Part shown: in pieces, positions 38,649 through 51,347 of the stretch
Layout: each line of letters opens with the position of its first letter
How positions within the stretch are numbered: position 1 is the stretch's first letter
From: Octopus vulgaris
Lineage: Eukaryota
NCBI GenBank assembly: GCA_951406725.2
Contig: OX597836.1
Coordinates: 19,654,001 to 19,718,000 of the forward strand
Length of the DNA: 64,000 nucleotides
Reading direction: 5' to 3'
Notes under the pieces: generated by a model
Told to the model about the DNA's origin: nothing
What the model saw: the letters and a program-made list of their open reading frames with translations, nothing else
Database searches by the model: none
Position numbers and translations under genes: made by a program

Positions 38649-39314
38649 TACCAATTTTCTCTCTGGTTATACAGGTCTCCCCCTTCTCCTTGGTAATATA
38701 TACATCTCTGTTTTTCTCTTTTACCCAACATTCTCATTATATATACCACAACTCTCTCTCTCTCTGTTTCATATTTCCCTCTCAATCTCACTCTGTCTTT
38801 CTCTCATTCCTTTCCCTCTCTCTTTTATCAACTTCTGGTATCACACTCTCTCTACCATTTCCCCTGGTTATATATTAACTCCCTGTCGTCTGTCTGTCTC
38901 TCTCTCCCGCCCGCGCACACTTCTGGTTAAACAGTCTCTTCTCTTTTTCTAGTTAACACTACATTCTTCCCCCTCTCCACTTACACTACATCTCTCTCTT
39001 ACTCTTTTCACAAAAAACTTCTCACTGGTTACACCTCTCTCTTCTGTCTTGCCTTTTGTTATAAACATCTCTCTCTCTCTCTTTCCTCTTTTTCTGTCTA
39101 CCTCTGGTTATGAATATCTGTTTAACTGGATGTGTAGATAAATTTAGCCTCCTTTGATATAGAATAACAGACTAACAAATCACTGGTATAACAAATAGCC
39201 AGTAGGCTGGGTAAAAATCCGTTACTGGCAATGGAAACAGTATTTGTTCAAAATAGCATTCTGTATATCTTAACGTGGATGCTTGCACCTGATGATATTC
39301 AAAGATGCTGAAAT

Positions 39315-39797
39315 ACTCTTTACTCTTTTACTCTTTTACTTGTTTCAGTCATTTGACTGCAGCCATGCAGTCAAATCGAGCAACTCGCCCCCGGGACTTA
39401 TTCTTTTGTAAGCCCAGTACTTATTGTATCGGTCTCTTTTGCCGAACTGCTAAGTAACGGGGACATAAACACACCAGCATCGGTTGTCAATCAATGCTAG
39501 GGGGACAAACACAGACATACACACACACACACACGCATATATATATATATATATATATAAGTTCCATTCTAGCAAAAACTGTCTGATGAACGGCAACGAG
39601 AAACTCAGAGTATATATACATATATACACATATACGAAGGGCTTCTTTCAGTTTCCGTCTACCAAATTCACTCACAAGGCTTTGGTCGGCCCGAGGCTAT
39701 AGTAGAAGACACTTGCCCAGGGTGCCAAGCAGTGGGACTGAACCCGGAACCATGTGGTTGGTAAACAAGCTACTTACCACACAGCCACTCCTGCGCC
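39315..39797 (-). mobile_element. Same SINE family
   Basis: Full head and tail; extra ~50 bp inside the internal TA tract. Confidence 0.9.
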
Positions 39798-40727
39798 TAT
39801 TAAGCAATTCTACCGCTGCCACTTGACACTTTTTGTTTACTACTGAATATAGATCTGTGCTTTTTAGCACTATACATCTATATGCAATGCTTTCTTGAGG
39901 TGAATACCACAGTTTTTTGGCTTTCTACAGTTTATCCACATTAAGTAAAATATACACAATGATGTGTATAGATATCAATATCATCATCATCGTTTGTTGT
40001 CTGTGTTTGTCCCCCCAGCATTACTTGACAACTGATGCTGGTGTATTTACATCCCTGTAACTAAGCTGTTTGGCAAAAGACACCGATAGAAATTAGTACT
40101 AGGCTTACAAAGAATAAGACTCGGGGTCGATTTGCTTGACTAAAGGCAGTGCACCAGCATGGCCACGGTCAAATGACTGACACAAGTAAAAGAGTAAAAG
40201 AGAACTCCGGATGGCAAGCGGAAGATTGCCATTCACTTGAAAACAATAATAAAAAAACGTTAAAATATTGTCTGCTTAAAGAAAGCTAAAATATAAATAC
40301 TTCTTGTACAAACAACTTACATTTTTGAAATCACATTCAGTTAAAAATACTTCTAAATGATTGAAATATTGTGTACATCAAAAAGTCAACGTTTTTGTTT
40401 TTCTTAGAGAGCGCGAAGACTATGTGTGTGTATATGTCACAGATAGCGAACGTGTGTTTGTGTTGATTGACAAGCCATGACATTCCTTATATGTGTGTAT
40501 GTGTGTTGACATCACAGAAGCTATGTTCTTTTTCATCATGAAATAACAAAAAATAAATTGTGTTTAACTGTTTTCATTAATAAATAGAGATCCAGATATC
40601 CCAAAAATTTGTACTGCACTGCTGAAGGTAAGCAAGAAAGTAAATATGCAAAAAAAAAAAAAAGATAAAATATACTATTTCTGAGATATTTCAGGTACAC
40701 ACAAACATCTCTAGAGTTTTAGTATTA

Positions 40728-40764
<37 letters not shown>

Positions 40765-40845
40765 GTATAGATGTAATTATGTACATATACATATGTATAT
40801 ATGCATATATATATAATTTATATTATATATATATATATATGTATG

Positions 40846-40953
<108 letters not shown>

Positions 40954-41156
40954 CAGGTTTGAGGATTGCCGATCAGTGTAGGTGGTATATTTGCAGCTGC
41001 TTTTCTCCTTTGCCTTGCATCCTGAAGCCTGTTAATGCTGGTTGCAAGAAAGTTTTTAATACCATTTTGGCAACATTGCCAGCCCAGAGCAATTGTGATT
41101 GTATAATTGTGATTGCAAATCATTGGCAGGTCTTAGATGTCACATTTGACATAAGC

Positions 41157-41206
<50 letters not shown>

Positions 41207-41748
41207 TCATCATCATCATCATCATCGTTTAACGTCCGCTTTCCATGCTAGCATGGGTTGGACGGTTCAACTGGGTCTGGGGAGCCCGAAGGCTGCATCA
41301 GGCCCAATATATATATATATATACATATATATAACAAAATTAGAAAATGGAGAAACATACTTAAATCAATCAAACATCAACCATCAGATGATACCCAATC
41401 AATACTTTATTACACCATTACATAACAGTAAAGGCATTATACAAAATATATTGTAAATATATACAAAAAATAAGCAACAAGAATGAATCCGGTAATTTAG
41501 TACAATTGTTTCATACTACAACATTTTATTAAAAGCTGTAAATATTACAGCAGATTTAAGATGCTGAGTAATCTTCCAATAATATAAAGTTTTCAAATCA
41601 ATTAATAACATCTTAGGGAAGGTAAATATACAGATAAAGATGTAGATATGAATCTTAGGAACATTTGAGGTTGTGTGGTTCAGATGCCAACTGACCAAAA
41701 CCTTGTTTACAACTGACTGCTGTAAGAAAAATTGTTGCTGAACTTATA

Positions 41749-41832
<84 letters not shown>

Positions 41833-42532
41833 CACTCTGCATACTCACTTTAATATATATGCTACACTTATATACACACATAAACACTCTCTCTAATATA
41901 TATACTTACATCCAATCACACACACACATATACATGCAACCGCCCAAATATATACAAATGTACACACACACACATGCAATCACCCAAACACACACACACA
42001 CAAGATTGATTAAACCTATATACACAATCAAACACTCATACACACACATACACACACAAACATTCACTCATACACATGCACACACACAGACAATCCCACA
42101 CAAACTCACACAAATACACACATTCTCACAAACACACTAATTCTCCCAAATAATTCTTCACAAGCACACACTCACTCTCGCAAACACACACGCATTCACC
42201 TGCACACACACACACACATGCAAACTATTACAAACACACACACATACACACACACACACACACACATACATATACATTCAGGATAGGGTCTCAACTCCTG
42301 CTGCATGAAGAACTATCCAATCATTGCCATTTCTACTATTTACTTTGATGCCAAATTCTAAGGAAGGTGTGGCAGTACCATCTGTTTCTGTGAGAAATCA
42401 AAGCAGTCAGCATTTGGTGCTAATGATGATGCTCTACCAATTCAGTTCCTAACACTATTTTGCATTATTTCAGCAGCAGATTCCTTACTATACCAGCCTA
42501 TCAACCTTTTCTACCTGGTTCTATCTTCTCAG

Positions 42533-42564
<32 letters not shown>

Positions 42565-42804
42565 CTTATATATTCATACACACATTCCTATACTCTTTTC
42601 TTAACCATCTAACTCAAGCTCCCTCCCGCTTTCTCTCTCTCTCTCTAACTATATATGTATGTGTGTGTGTGTGTGTGTATCTTTGTTTGCTCTATCTATC
42701 TTCCTTCTCCTTTCTCTTTCTGTCTGTCACTTTCTTCATACCTGCCCATTTGTCAGTTTCTACACGCACACACACAGAGGCACACATGCATGCACACACA
42801 CACA

Positions 42805-43548
42805 TCTCTCTATATATAAACGGCAGTTTGTCTGTCTGTGTGTCTGTGTGTCTGTCAGGTTGTACCCTCACCCTGACCATGGCTTTCAACCGATTCTGAT
42901 GAAACTTGACACACACATAGCCCAATGTCATAATTCAAAACTAACGCAGTGAAAATTTTGAAAAGTTCCCCCAGTTCTAAAAAAAATACATAAATTCGAC
43001 AGGGGGTTGAGAATCTAAGCTTTTTATATGCAACACATTTTCTGTTGTAGTTTTCGCAACTTGCAATCGATTTTCACCAAACTCATAGTGAAGCTTAATG
43101 TTACCTAAGAAACTTAATTCTGACGTTATTTTTCCATGCAATACCTTACCATCAGAAAAAATTGATAAAATCATGCCATTTTGGGAAATCGCGTTCAAAT
43201 TCAAGATGACATATTTTTGACAATATCTTTTACAAATTGGCAGGAATTTTTTTTTTAATTCACAGCGTCTGCTCCAAGGAGCTATATGGCCCCTTTTATT
43301 CCAATAGGATACTTTATTAGCAGCTATTAGCAGAAGTTGGGGGTAAAGTCTCGAATATAATTTCTTCCTGGTAGGAATTGGTTGGGTTGAATTATCGATA
43401 GCTGTTTGATAGTTATTTGGGAGTGAAGAGAAGACATTGCAACCTACACATGCACCTTCGTTCTTTAGAGGGAAAGGACTAGATTGAGATTAGTCGTTGC
43501 CTACTAGGGGCTCTTACATACCCGGGTAACACTGGGCTATGCTGCTAG
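42805..43548 (+). mobile_element. Non-autonomous Helitron-like element (second family)
   Basis: A|TCTCTCTATATATAAA start, CCCGGGTAACACTGGG hairpin, CTAG|T end; followed directly by the 43560-43930 copy. Confidence 0.8.
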
Positions 43549-44054
43549 TTTATATAGAGAGAGATATATATAAAGCTGAAGTTGTCTGTGTGTGGCAGGT
43601 TTGGTAGCCTTCAACTAACACTATCTCCGACGAGACCCTGTGGCGCATGTTGACCAAAATTGAGAGTATGATAGAAGAAGGCTTGCTCTTCATTCCGTAG
43701 AAGAAAAAATTCAAATCGGACCATGTTAACACCAAAAAAGGTGCTTGTTTTTTCTATGAAAATCCCTATTTTTACAATATTTTTGCTGCTGTATCGCCGT
43801 TTTCGGTGTATTTCAACCAGAAAAATGTTCACTTAAAGAGAATAACAAGCTACATAATGCAAAATTTTTACTTTTCAAAAATTCCAATTCTAAAAGGTTG
43901 AAAAGAAAGCAAACCCGAGTATACTGCTAGTATATTATATATATGTGTATATGTATATATAAATGTGTGTATGTGTGTGTGTCTATGTATATGTATGTGT
44001 ATCTATATATATGCATATATATGTATTAATATATGTATATATATGCATATATAT

Positions 44055-44520
44055 GGAAATTGCAGATGTGTTACCAGTGCCGGTGGCATGTTGAAACTCT
44101 ACTTGTGAAGACCCGTTGAGGCAAGTGAGGATCAGAATGGAAATCGATCAATGGAAATTGCAGATGTGTTACCAGTGGCCGGTGGCATGTAAGAGAACCT
44201 TCCGTTTCGCGACCGTTGCCAGCACCGCCCCGTTTCGTGTCCGTTGCCAGCCTCGCCTGGCCCTCGTGCCGGTGGCACATAAAAAGCACCATCCGTTCGT
44301 GGCCGTTTGCCAGCTCTGTCTGGCACCTGTGCGGGCGGCACGTAAAAAGCACCCACTACACTCACGGAGTGGTTGGCGTTAGGAAGGGCATCCAGCCATA
44401 GAAACACTCCCAGATTTGACTGGGCCTGATGAAGCCTTCTGGCTTCACAGACCCCAGTAGAACCGTCCAACCCATGCTAGCATGGAAAACGGACGCTAAA
44501 CGATGATGATGATGATGATG
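44055..44520 (+). mobile_element. RTE-like LINE 3' end, opposite orientation
   Basis: Reverse complement of the family; ends GGACGCTAAAC(GAT)n. Confidence 0.85.
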
Positions 44521-44553
44521 ATATATGTATACACACACATACACACACATATA

Positions 44554-45810
44554 CTGGGTCAGCCCATAAATAATGTAGTTTACTCAATTGCATGAACTAA
44601 AAGCTGGAGGGGGACAGGATAAACTACCTGCATCAACTTGCTATAAAAGCAGGCAGTAATTTTACCTTATACTTATTCTTAGTGCAAGTTTTGAAGAGTG
44701 CAGTTCGATTTAACAGTTATTTTTTTCAAAGCTACAATGGAAGTGACAAAGGAGCATATTTGGCATATTTTGCTTTATGAGTTCAATAAAGGCAACAAAG
44801 CATTGAAAAGTGCAAGGAATATCAATGCAGTATATGCGAAGGCGCATAGCTCAGTGGTTAGAGCGTCGAGCTTATGATCGTGAGGTTGTGAGTTTGATTC
44901 CCAGACTGGGCTGCGGGTTGTGTTCTTGAGCAAGACACTTTATTTCACGTTGCTCCAGTTCACTCAGCTGTAGAAATGAGTTGCGACGTCACAGGTGCCA
45001 AGCTGTATTGGCCTTTGCCTTTCCCTTGGGTAACATCAGTGGTGTGGAGAGGAGAGGCTGGTATGTATGGGTGATTGCTGGCCTTCCATAAACAACCTTG
45101 CCCGGACTTGTGCCTCAGAGGGTAACTTTCTAGGTGCAATCCCATCGTTATTCATGACCGAAGAGGGTCTCCTATATTGGGATTAGACAATAAGTGTAAG
45201 CCAGTGTCAATGGTGGTTCCAGGAATTCTGAGCCGGAAACTACAGCCTAGAAGATGAGCCTCATCCTGGAAGATCTGTAGAGCTCAACAAGGACCCTGCA
45301 AACCCTGGTGGAACAAAAACCCATTGTAACTGTTGAGGAACTAGCAGAGAAGCTTGGATTTTGTCATTCAACCATTCATCGACACCTGTGTGCCACCAGA
45401 AAAGTCAGCAAATTGGGTCAATGGGTTCCTCACAAACTTTCTGAGTCTAATTGCATGCAGAGAGTGAATGTGTGCTCTTCTTTGCTGTCACATCTCAAGA
45501 ATGAACCTTTTTTGGACCAAATGGACTCTGATGATGAGAAATGGGTTCTCTATAAAAATGTCAAAGCTCTGAAGATAGTGGGTAGGTACCCCAAGCTAAA
45601 GAAGGTCTTCACCCACATAAGGTGTTGTTATCTGTTTGGTGGGACATGAAAGGTTTAGTCCACTTTGAACATTTAGATCCAAACCAAACGATAACAAAGG
45701 AGATCTACTGTGAGCAGCTTGAGCGGCTTAAGTCAGTGCCGGATGAAAGATGAACATCTTTGGTTTCAAGATGAAAGGTGTTCTTCATTCAGGATAATGC
45801 CTGGCCACTT
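44554..45810 (+). pseudogene. Decayed mariner transposon (transposase pseudogene), SINE-interrupted
   Basis: ATG 44737 MEVTKEHIWHILLYEFNKGNKA..SARNINAVY; later LEDEP, WVPHKL, DEKWVLY, QDNA motifs with stops and frameshifts; 3' end missing. Confidence 0.88.
44836..45172 (+). mobile_element. tRNA-derived SINE with CORE-like domain
   Basis: A-box TAGCTCAGTGG, B-box-like GTTTGATTC, CTTGAGCAAGACACTT..CAGCTGTAGAAATG; flanked by TATAT; splits the mariner ORF. Confidence 0.8.
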
Positions 45811-46010
45811 ACTCTTGTGTGTTTACGTACTCATCACTTATTAGTGATGTCCTGTACTTAATGTGTTTTTATATATACATACACACACACACACATATAC
45901 ACATACACATATATACAAAGAGGGTGGGGAGAGAGATTGATAGATAGGCAGACAATATATATAAATATATATTCTCACATAAGTGTTAAGAAGGGTACGT
46001 GACGCCAGGA

Positions 46011-47077
46011 ATATATATTATGATATGTAAAAAAAATACAAACTGTGACAAGAACTCATAACACTTAGAAGACGAATACAACAAACACAGACAGGACATT
46101 CGAAGCCCTCAGTCTTCAGTCAAGAACCGGATCATCATAGTAATTTCGGCTGATTAATCTTGAGATTACTAGATCCGGCCAGCCCTCCAGGAAAAACTAA
46201 GCAACGAGCATTAGAAAAACTAAGCTATGTGAGCACATATTCTTGTAAATTTGGTAGACTCTACACTGTTTGTCTCTCTCTCTTACATTTACTTCACATT
46301 CTACGTTGATCTGTCCCCTTCTCTCTCTCTTCTCTCTACTCATCCTCCTTTTCTCTTGCCTCTGATTCTTTGGTCTACTCTTCCCCTACCCTTCCATTTC
46401 TTTGTCTTGCCTTGCACTCACAGGTCAATCTTTGACACCCATCCCTTCTCCCCTCTCTAATTCCTTCTTTCTCTCTCTTCTCCCCCTTGTTGCTTTCGTC
46501 CCTCTTCTCTCTCTCTTCCTTCCTTTGCCTCCCTTTCTTTTCTTTTCTCTCTTCTCCGTCACGTGACTGCTGGCCAAAATCCGCCTTTCGGCCTCTGACC
46601 AGCGCCGTGACAACATTGTTGTCCTTGTTCGCCGTTAAGGCTTCGCCGTTAAGGCTTCGCCGTTAAGGCAATTTTTCCAAAATACGCCAGCCAAACTTGT
46701 TTGCACTGTTATTAGTCGTAAGACACCTGCTGTTTTTACCATTATCGCTTTTGTATTTCATGTTTTTGTATTTCATTATTGTTTTTTGTTTTTTATATTC
46801 GTGTGGCACCGTCCGTTTTGCTGTCCCTGTGTTCGTATGCATTCGATCCTTCTTCCAGGAAATCTACGCTCCTAGCTTAGTTTTTCTAATGCTCGTTGCT
46901 TAGTTTTTCCTGGAGGGCTGGCCGGATCTAGTAATCTCAAGATTAATCAACCGAAATTACTACGATGATCCGGTTCTTGACTGAAGACTGAGGGCTTCGA
47001 ATGTCCTGTCTGTGTTTGTTGTATCGTCTTCTAAGTGTTATGAGTTCTTGTCACAGTTTGTATTTTTTTTACATATC

Positions 47078-47085
<8 letters not shown>
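46011..47085. mobile_element. 1.07 kb element with ~210 bp inverted arms, ending in TA repeats (PLE-type inverted terminal structure?)
   Basis: 46015-46227 is the near-perfect reverse complement of 46873-47085; interior is CT-rich with 3x TTCGCCGTTAAGGC; no ORF. Confidence 0.8.
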
Positions 47086-47141
<56 letters not shown>

Positions 47142-47229
47142 TAATCCAAACAAGAAAGCACAAAAAAACACATCAACGTGAGGACGTGGAACAAATATAG
47201 TATTATTGGACGCTCAGGAAAGAAGGAGG

Positions 47230-47264
47230 GTTTAACGTTTCGAGCGGAGTTCTTCATCGGAAAC
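47230..47264 (-). ncRNA. Predicted minimal hammerhead ribozyme, U4C core variant
   Basis: GTTT-CCGATGA-A-GAAC(TCC)GCTC-GAAACGTT-AAAC; one stem II mismatch. Confidence 0.55.
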
Positions 47265-47332
47265 ATAGGAGAAGGAAAGATCCAGAGAAGGGAAGACAGA
47301 GGAAAAAAAATCGCCAACGGTACACACGCGGT

Positions 47333-47390
<58 letters not shown>

Positions 47391-47398
47391 TGATGCAG

Positions 47399-47433
<35 letters not shown>

Positions 47434-48338
47434 GGAGGGAGAGGAGTGTATTTGCTAATATAAAAATCCATATTATTTGGCAATATGGATTTTATATCAA
47501 CGGACATGCAAGACAATATCCCTTCATGTTCCGTGACACACTTATTACGTCATAATCCTAACCTCTCTCTCCCCTCTACCACCACCAACAGCAACAATAA
47601 CAACCCCCCTCTATCACCATCGCCACCACCACTGCAATCACCACTGCCGCCGCCACACTAATACTTCATAATAATGGTCCAATTGTAAATTTTTCGCTTT
47701 TGCCACTTCTCTCCCCCCGCCACTTCCAGTTGTGGTTCTTGTTCCTGTCCTTATTAAAACACTGCATGTAGATTCACCTTTGTTTATTGTTAGTATCAGT
47801 AACAGTAGCAGTAGTAGTAGTAACAGTAGTAGTAGTAGTAACAGTAGTACAATCATTCTTGTTATCGTTATAGTAATAATCATAGAAATAATAATTCCAG
47901 CAAAAAAAAAAAAAAAAAATTTTCATCACCATCATCTTCATAATCACTATCATCATTATCATCATCATCATCATCATCACTGTCATCATTGTCATCATCA
48001 GCATCATCAACTTTACTGTTACTTCCCTCATCACCATCACCCCCTCCTTCATTGCAAGCATAACAGGAACTTGATGTAGCCGTTTGAAATAGCACTCAAA
48101 TTTTCCTCAGATAATCAACTTCTCACTCTCTCTCTCTCTCTTGCTCTCTTTCTCTCCCCCTTTCTCTTCTTCTCTCTCGTCTCTTTTTTTCCCTTTCTCT
48201 CTCCTTTCACCTTTCCCTCCCTCCCACTCTCTTTCCCTCTCTCTCTCTTTCCTTCTCTCTCTCTCTCCCCCTTTATATACACACACATGCACATACGTAT
48301 GCATGTGTGTGTATATATATATATATATGTAGGAGTAT

Positions 48339-48388
<50 letters not shown>

Positions 48389-48669
48389 CTTTCTTTTCTT
48401 TTTCTCTCTTTTACTTGTTTCAGTCATTTGACTGCGGCCATGCTGGAGCACCGCCTTTAGTCGAGCAAATCGACCCCGGGACTTATTCTTTGTAAGCCCA
48501 GTACTTATTCTATCGGTCTCTTTTGCCGTTGGACAAAATAATGGAAAAACCTAGCATCATAGCATCATAATTTTGAAATATCTATAAAGCCATCAAATGC
48601 TTGTTTTTAATTACCATCAAAAGCTTGTATTTTAATTACCTTTCAGAAAATGGTAATTAAAATTCATTA

Positions 48670-48940
48670 AAATGACAGATCTATCAGGAAAGCAGACAAT
48701 TCACAAATGCCTTCAGGCAGTTGGCCCTGCTTGATCTGTAAGAAAGGCATAAGTAGAAATTCCATAAGATGTATCTGGTGCATGTTATGGACAAATAAGA
48801 GGTGCAGCAATATCAGGAAGGTTAACTGTGAATTTTTTTTTGTGTGTGGAAAGTGCACAGGTACTATAAATACTAAAAATGTACAGAAAAGAGACTCCAT
48901 TAAATGCCAGGTGTGTAAGCTAGAGGTAGTTGATAGTCAA
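48670..48940 (+). mobile_element. LINE ORF2 fragment with Cys-rich zinc-finger insert
   Basis: WPCLICKKGISRNSIRCIWC..W..KRCS..FVCGKC..LEVVDS, resembling the Cys-rich insert before the EVVD(SFxYLG) motif of some RTE-type ORF2 proteins. Confidence 0.6.
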
Positions 48941-49563
48941 CAGTGCAATATAATCAGGACGTTTATTCCAGTGAAAGCAAAGGTTCAAGCGAAACCACAA
49001 TAACAGAAACGGACAGCAATAGAACAAAAAATAAAATCAAAAATGAAACAACAAAAAAATTAAATAAAAGTTTTAAAATACAAGAAAATCCTGGCCATAT
49101 CTAACGTCCTGTAAGATGAGACAGAACTGGAGTGAGTTGATAGGAAATGAGTCAACGATGGCTTTAAAGCCAGCAGGCAGACAATGCAGGTGTAGCATGC
49201 TATGTATATGTACATGTTGTAGCCTACTGGTTAGGGTATTCAACACATGATTGTAATGCTCTGGGTTCAATTCCTGGACTGGATAGTGTGTTATGGCTCT
49301 TCGTGCAAAGCATTTCATTTCACATTGTTGTTGTCTATTAAGCTAAAAATGAATACCAGCCAAGTACAGGAGCAGCTCTGTCTGTCTGTCTCTTCTCTCT
49401 CTCTTTCTCCTTTCATCTGTCACATTCTTGATGTGCCACTTGATCAAAGGATGGGTGTCTATATTGTCTGTTTGCAACTAAAACAATTAGTGAAAGTGAA
49501 AGTATGCTACATGCTCCCTGGGTAAATTCAATTGCAGGTGACAGCTGGCTCTTTATATATATA

Positions 49564-49920
49564 CTAGCACTATGACCCGGCAACGCTAGTGCATGCATAT
49601 ACAGCTGCGTGTGTGCGCACATACATGCGAGTACTGTCCAAATCTCCAACCAATCACATACAGCTAGCTGGTATTCAATTGGCGTATCAAGTTTCAGGCA
49701 TTTTGATTGGGTTTTGGATAGAAAATTCACAAAAAAGTCACTTCTATTGATTTTTTTAATGGCTTTGCAGGGTGACTGGGGAAATGTAAAGATGTGCACA
49801 ACCAACCCTTGGATGGTTTTGAATGACCATAGAAAGTGCGAGCCCTCTAACTGAAATATTGTGGATTTGTATAAAGGACACACACACACAGACATTTTGC
49901 CGTTTATATATATAAATAGA
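49564..49920 (-). mobile_element. Non-autonomous Helitron-like element (third)
   Basis: Reverse strand starts TCTATTTATATATATAAACGGC, ends GCGTTGCCGGG..CTAG|T. Confidence 0.7.
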
Positions 49921-50664
49921 AAATACATCAAGTACAGGACATCACCAATGAGTGAAAATTACGTAGACACATGAGAAATAAGTACGGGATAAATTACCAA
50001 AAAATCTACAATAAGAATAGGACATTACTAACGAGTGAAAAATACATAAACACATAATGAGCGACAAGTATAGGATAAAATATCAAAACAAGAAGTCTAA
50101 CCCCTCCTCACTTGTCAACTGTTAATTACTCCCTATTTCAAGCTTTCGATGACAATATAGGAAAACTTCATAAAACAGCAGCATCCAGAAATTCTTAAAA
50201 TATAAAATTTGTGGAAAGTTAGAGCTTTGAATGAACAAACAACAACAGAATGGATGTACAGAGTAAACAATCGATGAAGTCAAATGTTAAGGGCTGTTAG
50301 GCCAAGACACATTGTAATGGGTAATGCCTGGGAGAAATTTTGAAAGGACATAGAATAAATACAAGAGAAGGAAATAGTAGAAGAGAAAAAAGAGAGGAAA
50401 ATGTTGGGAGGCGAGAAAAATGACGTCCAGCTAAGTATGTGTTGCATCTAGAAAAGACAGAGGTGAGAAAAAATGGTCTGTATTCACGTGGGAACAAACA
50501 GATAGGAGAAGGGAGACAAGAGAGAGGATGAAGGAAAGAAACAAAGGGAGTGAGGAGAAGGGAGCAGGAATGAAAGATAGTAAAGGGTCAAAGAAAGATA
50601 GACAGGGGACAGCAAAGAAGGAGGGGAAGAAGTGGAAAATAAAGAGGATTGTAGAGGGCTAGAG

Positions 50665-50695
<31 letters not shown>

Positions 50696-50933
50696 GAACA
50701 GAGAGTAGAGTCGCAGTTACCTTATATATAAAAAGCAAGCTGTCTGTTTGTGTCAAGTTGCTGTTTACACCTATTAATGAATTTTTGTGGGGCATCAGGC
50801 AGGTATACACTGTGCACCCTAATCAGCTGGATCAAATTAATTCTAATTTGATCAAGCTTTATGCACATCAGCGAACTAATTCAGTAGAGAAATACTTCTT
50901 TTAGTAGAAGGTTCTGCATAAAATCTAATGGAA

Positions 50934-51347
50934 GGCGCAGGAGTGGCTGTGTGGTAAGTAGCTTGCTTACCAACCACATGGTTCCGGGTTCAGTCCCACT
51001 GTGTAGCACATTGGGTAAGTGTCTTCTACTATAGCCTCGGGCCGACCAAAGCCTTGTGAGTGGATTTGGTAGACGGAAACTGAAAGAAGCCTGTCGTATA
51101 TATGTATATATATATATGCGTGTGTGTGTTTGTGTGTCAGTGTTTGTCCCCCTAGCATTGCTTGACAACCGATGCTGGTGTGTTTACGTACCTGTCACTA
51201 AGCGGTTCGGCAAAAGAGACCAATAGAATAAGTACTGGGCTCACAAAAGAATAAGTCCCGGGGTCGAGTTGCTCAATTAAAGGCGGTGCTCCAGCATGGC
51301 CGCAGTCAAATATGACTGAAACAAGTAAAAGAGTAAAGAGAGTAAAG
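50934..51347 (+). mobile_element. Same SINE family, full length
   Basis: GGCGCAGGAGTGGCTGTGTGG...AAGAGTAAAGAGAGTAAAG. Confidence 0.9.

Noticed and set aside
44240-44262. HDV-like ribozyme (GCCAGCCTCGCCTGGC resembles P3/L3)
   Set aside because: No P1/P1.1/P2/P4 partners found and the loop sequence is not conserved between units.
44840-44915. Functional tRNA genes (also 51846, 58476, 19033)
   Set aside because: Imperfect cloverleaf and continuation into SINE bodies, some with TSDs.
46905-46960. Ordinary type I hammerhead using CTGGAG-GGCTG...CAGCC-GAAA
   Set aside because: Core lacks two nucleotides and no stem I or NUH follows in register; kept only as an alternative reading of the permuted-motif finding.
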